A stretch of DNA of 62,450 bases, counting the filler, from Choristocarpus tenellus KU-1152 (taxonomy: Eukaryota; Protista; Phaeophyceae): the NCBI GenBank assembly GCA_964200185.2. It is 9 parts of 9 records of this genome, joined end to end, with 100 filler letters (N's around TTAATTAATTAA, not from the genome) between each part and the next. Parts side by side here need not be neighbours in the genome. Positions count along the whole stretch, not along the records: positions 46,057 to 56,052 come from CAXNAD020003219.1; positions 56,153 to 59,344 come from CAXNAD020021649.1; positions 59,445 to 62,450 come from CAXNAD020022993.1; 6 more parts are not named here. One strand, written 5' to 3'. Of this stretch, positions 49,509 through 59,461 are shown piece by piece. Positions within the stretch are counted from its first letter, which is position 1, and each line of letters begins with the position of its first letter. A model generated the notes under the pieces. It searched no databases. It saw nothing but the letters and a program-made list of their open reading frames with translations, and had not been told where the DNA came from. The position numbers and the translations under genes are program-made.

Positions 49509-51302
49509 ATGCTGTCTGAAGTGGATGGGTTCGACCCACACCATGCAAGAGTACTGGTAGTGGGACATATGGGAGTGGGAAAGACAAGCTTGATACACTA
49601 TCTTTGTTATGGGAAGCCCTTGAACCGCCCGACTTGCACGGTGGGGTGCGCAGTTGAAGTTAAGGTGGGCTGTGACAGCTATGACACAGATGGTGTCATA
49701 CCATATGAAATTTATGTACCACCGCAGTGATCAACCCAGCCTTCGACTTTGATGTACTAGATTGGCAAGGGACTGTGATGTACTAGAGCAAGGGTCCAAA
49801 AATAGTACCGTTCGCCAATCGTCACCTGCCCCCTGTGTTGATGTCATAGTTGCTCCAAGGGAAGGTGGATCGCTTTATTGAATTCTGGGATATTGGTGGT
49901 CACCCGGACGCTGAGTCAACCCGCTGTGCATTTTATGAGGACTCTGGTGCGGATGGTGTCTTGCTGGTTCACGACTTGTCCAATCCTAGATCTTTGGTAG
50001 GGCTTGCAAAGTGGGTCGAAGAGTTGGAGTTAGCGGGAATCTTTGTTGCATCAGGCAAGGCTAGTGGGCGTGGCCGGGATGGTTCTACGGTCGATCGGGA
50101 AGGAGGAGGAGGATGGGCTGAAGAAACATTAAGAGTAAACAGTGGGAGGGAATGTCGTGAGGAGCTTGATAATCTGGAGGGAGGAAATGGGAAGGGCATT
50201 CGAATTGGTGGTGGCGTCCCCTTCTTACTTGTTGGGAACAAATCAGACTCCCGTGTGCGCCGGGGTCTTACATGGAAGGATATGGCGCCAATCGGATTTT
50301 CTCCGCAAAACATAGATGTGGTGAGGCAGCATATGGGGTGTGTGGAGAGGGGCTGACTTGCGTATACGGTAATGACTTTCTCGTAGATTGAACATTTACA
50401 TCATTTTGAAGATTGACTCAAGCCATTGTGGTATCCAAACTATTCTTGTTGTGTATACGGAGCTCATAAGATGCCTGGCAGTAAAGTAATTCCGACATAG
50501 TGTTGGGAATGGTGTCTATTTTTCCCGTTCGTGATCTTACTTGGTCCGCCAATAGTGCGAAGTGCAGTATTTGAGTCTGATGAACCTTGTAACCAGTGAT
50601 GGACCATCCCTTCTGTGTGAGTCTTGAACCTGATTGAAGTCATTATTATGTTCACCGCCCCTTAGTCCTTGCATTTCTGATATAGGTTGGTTTGAAGTGC
50701 TTTTAGTGCCATAGGAGCTGATGTCAGAAAAGATTTTGCAATATACTTAGCACTTCAAAGTACAAGTAGTGTTCCACAGTCGAAACTTCTCTAGAGCATG
50801 CACTTCGCAAGGTGAGCCTTTGATTTTCAAAACGATGTTGTAGAGGATGATGCAGTCCCCCTCTTCCCCCCTGGAAGATCTCAGTTCGACATTGGACTCA
50901 TCCCTAGTGATCTCGTCCAGGTGGTGAGCGCAATTTACGGACATAGTACTGTTTGTGCATATTATCGTTAGTTCTGACTATTACACTCCTCATCCACATG
51001 ATACATCAACATTTGCAGAAATCAAGTACCAGGTGCTAAGAGTACAAGACTATTTCACAGGATTAAACTATGAGTTTCAAAACCACTCAAGTGCAATGCT
51101 GGCATGCAGACACCGCTCTGATCAAATACACTGGTTGCAGTAAACGTTGCAACTTACTCAACCCCCACTACTATCTCAATATATCCATAGAGCTCCATGG
51201 CACTGGATGAGGGTGCATTTGAGGGTTTCTTCATGGACGTCTTATCCTACCACGCTAAAGTGGGGACAATAACAGAGGAGCGAGAAACTTGGGGTGAAGG
51301 AG
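49509..51302 (+). CDS. RABL3: Rab-like small GTPase, RABL3-like
   Basis: Exons 49509-49664, 49850-50320, 51191-51302 (3' end uncertain): RVLVVGHMGVGKTSLIH, TCTVGCAVEVK, FIEFWDIGG, GVLLVHDLSN, VPFLLVGNKSD. TVGC.V.V, (E)WDIGG and LVHDL.N are RABL3 signatures. Confidence 0.8.
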
Positions 51303-52159
51303 GTACAGTTACATCATCTAGTTTTTGCAGGAAACCATTTATTTGTTGTGTAACCTTCCTGCTGTACCACTGTGCAAAAAATGTGCTCTTTGTGAGCCTC
51401 GTTCCATGATAATGAAATCTCATTACATCGAAACTGATTTCCTTTGCAAGCAGTAGAAGAGATCCTAACCCTTGTCATGGAGTGTACTTGAATATATTGA
51501 TCCCTTTTTGATACTCCTGAGGGAAGGGGTTACGGGTCACTCACTGCTCCAGATCTTTGACAAGTCCTTGGGAAAGCTTCCCTCTTTTTATGGTGTTAGT
51601 TCAAAAGTTCTATAAGAAGAACTGATCTAATACTATTTCTTCAGTAGCTGAGGTTAGTTGACTCCAACCTGCCTTTTTTTTGTCTGTTTTAAAGTATGCA
51701 TGATATGCATGCTTTCAAATACTAGAGCTTTGCGGTTCACCTTTGAAGGATTCTGTCTGTATTTGTCCAAGAGGGTAGCATATGGGAGATCTGTTCTATT
51801 ACTTGATCTCTTTGTGACACTACACTACGATGAACAGTTGTGTATAAGTGACATGCTGTTGCACGTCTCCTTTAGAGGCAACCAATGGGCCTTAGGGACA
51901 ACCAGTGGAGTCACCTACACCCATATCATACAGCCTACTTGTGATTTCAGTAGTTCTCCGAAGTATTGAAGTAGATAATCAATTGTAGAGGTAGAGGGGC
52001 ATGTTTATGACACAAGAGAAGAGCTCTACTCTTTTCCATGATCCATGAAGTAACCAGCACAGACTGTGCAATGGTGCAGTACCCAGCGACAGACATTTGC
52101 ACAATGCAGACAACACAGCAGAATACAGTAGCCTCATCACAAAGCATCAGATTTTGACA

Positions 52160-52453
52160 GGCTCAAGGTATCGGGGGGGGGGGGGGGGTTGGGGGGTTTC
52201 CATTGGGGGTCCGTTTTTNNNNNNNNNNCCAATAAAAAAAATTCTCTTTTTTGCCGCGGGTGGGGGGGGGGGGGGGGGGGGGGGGATTGGTGGCTGTCCA
52301 TTTGGGGTCCGTTTTTCCATATCACGATTTTTGGTTGATTTGGTTGCATACGTCAGATGGATAACGTAAGTGCACTTTTCCTGGTCATGGCCCAAATGGA
52401 CACCCTGGTGTAGACCCCCCCGACCCTTGCCCCCCCCCCAGATACTTTGAGCC
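52160..52453 (-). mobile_element. MITE family B copy (TSD ACA) spanning a 10-N gap with local duplication
   Basis: GGCTCAAGGTATC...CAGATACTTTGAGCC, flanks ACA/ACA; N10 at 52219-52228. Confidence 0.8.
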
Positions 52454-53579
52454 ACAGGGGAGGGGATAGTCAATGAGCAGTGGGATGACAAAACTCAAAG
52501 CAAGGCACACAGGGAGAGGCAGTACAATCTTGTACGTCTGACCACATTTTGAGCCAGTCCAGTTAGTAATTAGCACAGTATAATAATACTATTAATAGTA
52601 TCTTCTCATCTAAACACCTGCCCCTTCATCACAGATTTGCCTGTGCCTATCTACCTCAGAACAGTCATTTTCTTGTGTCCCTTGATCTGCCTGTTATCCT
52701 GCCCTCATCATTACTACCCCACAGCTTTCTTCCTGCCCCCACTGCAGACCCATAGTCAACGAGCAAACTCTACAAGCAGTTGGACACCCTCACCCCCAGT
52801 TGCTTTATTCCTGTATGAACAGGTTCGTTTGGAGTGGAGCCTGGTTGGAGAGAGGGACAGAGAGAGCAGGATCATAGCTTGACTACAACACTACTTGAGC
52901 CACCCAGACTGACTGCATGGCAGGACATGGGGAGTGAGGGGAAATTGAAAGTTGCAACAGTGTGGTCAGGTAGTGATTCCACGGCAACACCTTGGGAAAC
53001 TGCATCTAGGGGTTGGAGGCGTCATCGATCAGGAGCAGGCAAAGAGGGCAAAACAGTTGTAGAGTGTAGCGATTCCTCTGTTGGTTGGCAGGGATCATCA
53101 CATGACCGAAACCAGGAGCACCCAATATACAAATCGGGCCCGAGTGGACGAGAAAAGCAATCATAAGTATGCCACTTATTATTTGGTGTGGTATATACAC
53201 AATTGGATGATTGAGTCCTGATCACATCTGCAGTGTGCAGTGACTTTGTATGGATGGTCTCGTTTCATGTGTCTTGGCCCAGAGCTATTTTTGCAATGTA
53301 CGTGCAAAGTGTAGTGATAGCTCAGAACACTCCTTGGTGTAAGTTTGACAGCTTGCAAAGCAGGACTGCAGGATAGTAGAAAATGACCCCATCTCTTTTT
53401 TCCCCTAAAAATAGGACCCATTTCCATGCTTCAAAACAATTAATATGACTCCACAGAGAGGCATCTTGTTGCTACCCCTATGCTACTCCTTGCTACCCCC
53501 TTTCTATTTTGACCCCTTTCAAAAAACATCATGACTAGTCCTTATCTCACTACAGGTTCACAAGTACAGTATGTCCACG

Positions 53580-55473
53580 CTAAGTCCCTTGCAATGCGTC
53601 ATGGAAGCCTTTGGTTGACCATGCCTCCACTACAGATTCTGGCGCCAGGAAGTTATCGTGTCTAAATGCAGCAAAGCGGGGCTCATCCAGGGCCACGTCT
53701 GCATCCTTCACATCCTGCTCTCCTCAACAAGACACGGTAGGGGAGGATGTAGGTTAGAGGGAGCTGTGAACAGTGCAAAGTGTGTGACTGTATGCCACAC
53801 AGTCCTGTCCTAACATTTCTTCGACTGAAGTACTGCTTCAGACCTTGGGTTACAGGCTCTAGTTTGAATACCCCACTTAGAATAGTTTTTCCTATCAAGA
53901 ATTGGTAATGAAATTAGAATCCAGAGAGGATTGGCAGGCACCCCGACATCCACACCTGCAGTCCCTATTTCTCACTAAACATTCCACTTCCGCATTAGCA
54001 TTTAATTTGAGTAAAAATGTTAAATGTTGTGGTTGAGTACATCTATAGTGCTGTCTGCTGACCTTGTTGATAGTAGCAACCAGCTCTGGAAAGGATGCAA
54101 ACTTGCGCTCTGGTCTCTGAAATCCTATCAGCATTATCCGCATCATCTTCCCATAGAAGTCCCCTCCTATGCTCCAGCAAGAGGGCCAAGGGAGGGGGGG
54201 GGCAGGGTAAGCACCCTCACTTGTTCACTCCTTCTCAAAGCACTTGTATACAACACTTATGCCCAAAAGACAAAGCACCAGCATCAAGCATTGCCCTAAA
54301 AACAGCATGGTATGGAGCTCAGATATTTGAGCTAAAACATATAGACTGGGTATCAAACTCAAACCAGAGCTGAGGCGTTGCCCAAATAGGACAGGCAAAG
54401 TCGTCCACATGTCGCAACCACCCTACCCATAAATATACCCTCCAATCTCGGTATCTAGACCCCCCCCTCCTCTCTATGGAAGGAGTGAGTTATGGGACCA
54501 AACCTGCATAGTTGATCACGTGTGCCTCAACAATTTTTTCTGCATTTTCCTGACCAGCAAACGTTGGGGAGTACCCTACATTCGCTACACACTTCCATGG
54601 CCCCCTTCCTGCCCCATCTCCAGACTCCTCCATTGCCCCCTCCAGCATTACCCAGCCGAAGTAGACGCCTGCAAAGGCCAACCAGTGTGAACGAAGAAAA
54701 ATGCGGTGTGTGACTTTGGGGGGTGAAAGAATGTTTCAGGGCTGTACCATGCCAGGGGCAGGAAAGGGTAGTGCTTGTACCCTGACCCTTTGGCAGTTAC
54801 ATTTTTCTTCTTGGGATTTCAATAGCTAAAAGTGGAATTCATGCAATCACGAGGGCTTCTATACCCCTTGCATTGACTCTTAAATCATAACCAAATGCAG
54901 TGCTTCCAACAGCATAGGGGGAGTGATGAAAGGAGAAAGTTGAATTAGTAAATCCCCATTTGTCCTTTGCCGTGCCTCTTTTAGTGAACCCACCTCCTTG
55001 GGTACAGAATTCAGTGGTGAGCCCAAAACAAGTCCTAATATCTTCAAAGAGTGCACTCTGAAACACTGAAGCACTACCAAGTGCTGAGATAAATTGCGCC
55101 ATTGACTGTCCAGAACATAACAAACCTAACCACTAGTTCTGGCTCAACCCAATACACAACTTTCTGTGTTCTGCAAGAGTCTCCGTCTAATGGAACCAAA
55201 GTTCAAAAACGAAAACAGTACACCCTGCCCACAAAACTGAAGAGCTATACAGTGCCCTCAACACCCCCATAAACAAACACCAAGCATAGTACACACTGAA
55301 GATAAGGTGAGGGCAGTTCTACGGACATTGACTACCCCTGCCTACGGGAGCTTCAGTATAGTTTTGTACACACCTGTGGGCAAAGATCTTAGATTGTCTG
55401 CAAATTGAGACTCAGGGAGGTTGGCTGTGGGAACCCCCAGTTTCTTGCTGCCACGTCCATATCCTTGGGATAC
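53580..55473 (-). CDS. RFK: Riboflavin kinase domain, last four exons
   Basis: Exons 55374-55473, 54504-54668, 54063-54166, 53580-53714: GYGRGSKKLGVPTANL, TGVYFGW, NVGYSPTF, VEAHVI, DFYGKMMR..IGFQRPERKFASFPELVATINKDV. Confidence 0.95.
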
Positions 55474-55540
55474 CTGTAGCACAGTGAAGTGAAGTAAGGA
55501 GTATTCTACAGATTCAGCTTCAAATGCACACACACACACA

Positions 55541-55798
55541 GAATCAAAGTATCTTAAAGGGTAGAGCCGCATCCGTTTGGGGAACAAAATCCAATGTTGC
55601 GATTTCTATGTAATTTTGGCTACAGTGTTTGTTAGGAAGTGTCGATATCCTTGTTCCAGGTACACCTTTTCATTACATATAGATTTACCTACTCCGAAAT
55701 ATTTTGGAGCAGGTAAAATGTCATAAAAAAAACTTGGGAAGCCAAGCCCCAAATGGACAAAGAGGGCATAACTCGTACCCTCTAAGATACTTTCAATC
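55541..55798 (-). mobile_element. MITE family A copy in the intron upstream of the RFK exon
   Basis: GAATCAAAGTATCTTAAAGGGTAG...GTACCCTCTAAGATACTTTCAATC. Confidence 0.9.
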
Positions 55799-55830
<32 letters not shown>

Positions 55831-56052
55831 ACACACACACACACTCAAGTACAACATGCTTGCCACAAGCACAACACATGCTCTGAACCACTACAAAAGA
55901 GATGTGCAGCTGGAACACAACAGAGCCAATTGTTTTCGCAAGTTGTAGTGTTTTACATATATGAGAGGATCCTACACACGTCCTCCCCTTGCCCGCTTCC
56001 CCCGCTTGCCCCCCCTCCCCCCCCCCCCCCCCTCCCCCCCCACCCCCCCCCC

Positions 56053-56152
56053 NNNNNNNNNNNNNNNNNNNNNNNNNNNNNNNNNNNNNNNNNNNNTTAA
56101 TTAATTAANNNNNNNNNNNNNNNNNNNNNNNNNNNNNNNNNNNNNNNNNNNN
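56053..56152. other. Artificial contig linker
   Basis: N44-TTAATTAATTAA-N44. Confidence 0.98.
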
Positions 56153-56212
56153 CAAACCCATCCTCAATAGTACATGCTCCATCCTCAATTTTTAAAATCC
56201 ACTGTTATAGGA

Positions 56213-56457
56213 GAGCCAAAGTATCTTAGAGGGTAGAGCCGCGTCCATTTGGGGCCAAAATCTAATGTTGAATTTTGACGTAATTTTGATTATCATGTTG
56301 TTAGGAGATGTCAATTATCCTTGTTCTGGACTCTTCTTTTCATACCGTATACATTATATCTACTCCAAAACATTTTGGAGTAGGTAGAATGTCATTTAAA
56401 ACCTGTGAGAAGCCAACAAACAGGGGAAAAATCGTACCCCCTGAGATATTTTCACTC
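56213..56457 (-). mobile_element. MITE family A copy
   Basis: GAGCCAAAGTATCTTAGAGGGTAG...ATATTTTCACTC; flanks AGGA/CGGA. Confidence 0.88.
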
Positions 56458-56902
56458 CGGAGCAAGATGACAAAATTATCAAAGGCTCTGTCCGACTTCA
56501 AGTCAGTCTGTGCACTCGTCATCGTCCACACGAACACATGCCCTCGAGTAGGTGGATAACGGAAATTATCTTCACATGTATGTCAATTTTGGTCAGTACA
56601 ATCGACAGAGTATGTTTTGTGTGGATCGATAAAACACAAGAATAGGTGTGCGTGCTCTTCCTGGTCAAGATCTACGAGGGCACGAATAGATTATTTATGT
56701 CCGCAGTGTAACTTTGGCCTGGAAACCGTACTGTTCCTCACGAGTATACTCTCCCGTTCCAGGTGATCTCCCGGTTGCAGTGCAACAACCTTGACAAATA
56801 CTTTATTAGCACGTGCTACCAAAAAAATACCACTGTAGTTGACATATTTTGTCCACCCTTCTTGTGAACAATGGGATGTCCCTCTGAACACAGGTTCCTG
56901 GT

Positions 56903-57161
56903 GAGTGAAAGTATCATAGAGGGTACGAGTTTTGCCCTTTTTATCCATTTGTGGCTTGGCTTCCCATGTTTTTTTTAATTTCATTTTCCTACTCCAAAAT
57001 GTTTGGGAATAAGTAAGATGTATACGTTATGAAAAGTTACGTTCGGAACAAGGATATTGACACTTCCGGACAAACACAATAACCAAAATTACATCAAAAT
57101 TGCAACATTGGGTTTTGGTCCCCAAATGGACGCGGCCCTACCCTCTAAGATACTTTGGCTC
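56903..57161 (+). mobile_element. MITE family A copy, TSD TGGT
   Basis: GAGTGAAAGTATCATAGAGGGTAC...CTACCCTCTAAGATACTTTGGCTC, flanks TGGT/TGGT. Confidence 0.92.
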
Positions 57162-58986
57162 TGGTCCCACACAGTCAACACAATCTTTTGCAAATACAGG
57201 TAAGTGCTATGTGACAGGACCTCAGGTGTAGCAACTGGGCTTAAAATTCGAATTCTCAAATAACAACAGGTGGTAGTTGTTTTTTACCTTTCGTCCGTGG
57301 GGTTTTTTCTTCCTTCTTTCACTACTTTTCTTTTTAAAGTCTCAAGCTAAGATGTTAATTACACGAGGTCACCCTTCTTACATGCATCCATCTGTTTAAC
57401 CCGTATTGGGTTTTCCTCTTACTTCCACGTAAATGCATCCAGACACGCAAGGATCAGGCATTTTCCTCACAAACGATATTAACATACCCCCTTGGCTTCA
57501 ATAGATCAAAGAAGAACAAATAAAACGGGGTTTCACAGCTTGTGAGGTGTTCAAACATATGGTATGTTAACCTTTGTCTTACCTTCAGCGATGTTTTTCA
57601 CGTCTTACACACATAGCTACATATTTAATATCTCGGATCTCAAGTAGAGTGTTGTGTGTGTTGTCTTCTATTGACAACTTTTTCGACCACATGTCTGGTA
57701 CTCCCTTGACTAAATAATGTCTACAATAAAACTGGTAGTAATCAAAAATAGATTTAAGAGCTGACTCTTATCTAAAGATCCTTTTGAGTGATTCTCAACG
57801 ATGGGATTGTATAGTCAGTTATCCCAACTTCAGTGCATGTTCTGTTCCATTCATGTTCAGATTTATTCACACACATTTTAATTGTGTAGCTATGCACACT
57901 GTCTTGAGATTGCCCTGGCTGGTGGTCTCGGCTGATCTTCGCTGGGGTTCTTGCTCTCCTTACAGTTGTGGTTGAATCACAACCTGGTGACTGTCATTTC
58001 CAGCCACATTCAAAGATCCGACCCATCGCTACTAGTAGGAACATGCCGTAAGTTTTGTAAATCTTGCTCAAATCGGAACAAACTGACGGTAACAGTATTG
58101 TTAATTGTATATTTTTGTAGTTGCCTACTGCTCTCCTGCACAAGCATTGAATTTTCAGCAGGAGATGACGATGGAACCTGGGAAATGATCAACAGGCCAA
58201 GACACTGTTGAACATTTCATTTCTGCTACAAAGTGAGAATTTAATGGTTATTTGAAACCTTTGAATGGCAATGTGGTTGGGAGGGTATTGCCTGGCAATG
58301 ATTAAAAATGATTCATGCAGATGATCAGCCCATAGGTGTCTTCCGGGTGCCACACAAAATGTATTGCTGCGAAAGATGTGAACGAGATGTATGTCTTGAA
58401 ATATTTTCGGTTGAGAGGGGGGGTGGTGCTTGAGTGACAGATACAACATCACTTCAATACCCACCTTCTTCCGTCTTCCTACTAAGACAAGATTGAACAG
58501 TATGTGTGACAACATCTTGGCCGCTGCTTTGCATGCAACAGCAGTAGTGGTAGCAGAAAAGAATAAAAAAGGAAGGATTGGTTCTCCTAGGTAGAATCGT
58601 GGTTGTCCTTAGGTTGTATCTGTAGCATATTTGTGGAGTAGTGGACATCGTCAGACCTTGGTTCCCTCCCATCTGTACTCCAACCATTTCTGTCAAGACA
58701 TTTTTGTATGGATGGTTACCTCAAAATAATATTTTATTCATTAGCGCCTGGCAGGGGCCTGGTCTATGATGCCTCTATTGCTAAATTTAAATTCTGTGTT
58801 GTCTGCTTTGAAGGTCAAACTTATTTATAGAGCCTGCACCTGCACGCACATGTTTTCAGCTCAGTCATCAAATTATTCACAACAGGCAGACACAAACCCA
58901 CCCCTGGCACATCCCACCCCAGAAACCACACATCCCTACTACCCCGAGGGACAGCACCCTGTGCTATTCCTCAGGATGCAGCTAGA

Positions 58987-59163
58987 GACCCAAAGTATCT
59001 GGGAGGGCAGGGGGGGTCTACATCAGAGTGTCCATTTGGGCCATAACCAGGAAAAGTAACTTACATTATCCATCCGACGTATGCAATTAAGTCACCCAAA
59101 AATCGCGATATGGAGAAAATTGACCCCAAAGGGACAGCCGCCACCCCCCAGATACATTGGGCC
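58987..59163 (+). mobile_element. MITE family B copy, TSD AGA
   Basis: GACCCAAAGTATCTGGG...CAGATACATTGGGCC; inserted in the repeat homologous to 17281-17433. Confidence 0.9.
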
Positions 59164-59284
59164 AGAGCACTGTGTCTGCTAGCTGGTGGAGCTTGTACTC
59201 TTTTCCTCAGGCACAAACCACATCGCCCCCTCTATACTCCTCTGCTGCTGCTCAAGCGCTGATGCTGCTTAGTGGTAGATGATA

Positions 59285-59344
59285 GAGTGAAAGTATCTTA
59301 GAGGGTACGAGTTTTGCCCTTTTTGTCCATTTGTGGCTTGGCTT
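59285..59344 (+). mobile_element. MITE family A 5' end truncated by contig end
   Basis: GAGTGAAAGTATCTTAGAGGGTACGAGTTTTGCCC. Confidence 0.85.
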
Positions 59345-59444
59345 NNNNNNNNNNNNNNNNNNNNNNNNNNNNNNNNNNNNNNNNNNNNTTAATTAATTAA
59401 NNNNNNNNNNNNNNNNNNNNNNNNNNNNNNNNNNNNNNNNNNNN
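59345..59444. other. Artificial contig linker
   Basis: N44-TTAATTAATTAA-N44. Confidence 0.98.
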
Positions 59445-59461
59445 CATCCCCCCACCGCCAG

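Noticed and set aside
52160-52330. Apparent tandem or extended MITE B variant
   Set aside because: The duplicated part flanks a 10-N gap and poly-G runs; probably a scaffolding overlap artefact.
52834-53166. 110-aa ORF as the final RABL3 exon
   Set aside because: I could not find a phase-compatible acceptor from the 51302 donor; left unannotated.
7198-59344. MITEs acting as Introner-like intron creators
   Set aside because: No copy coincides with intron boundaries; all lie inside existing introns or in intergenic/TE sequence.
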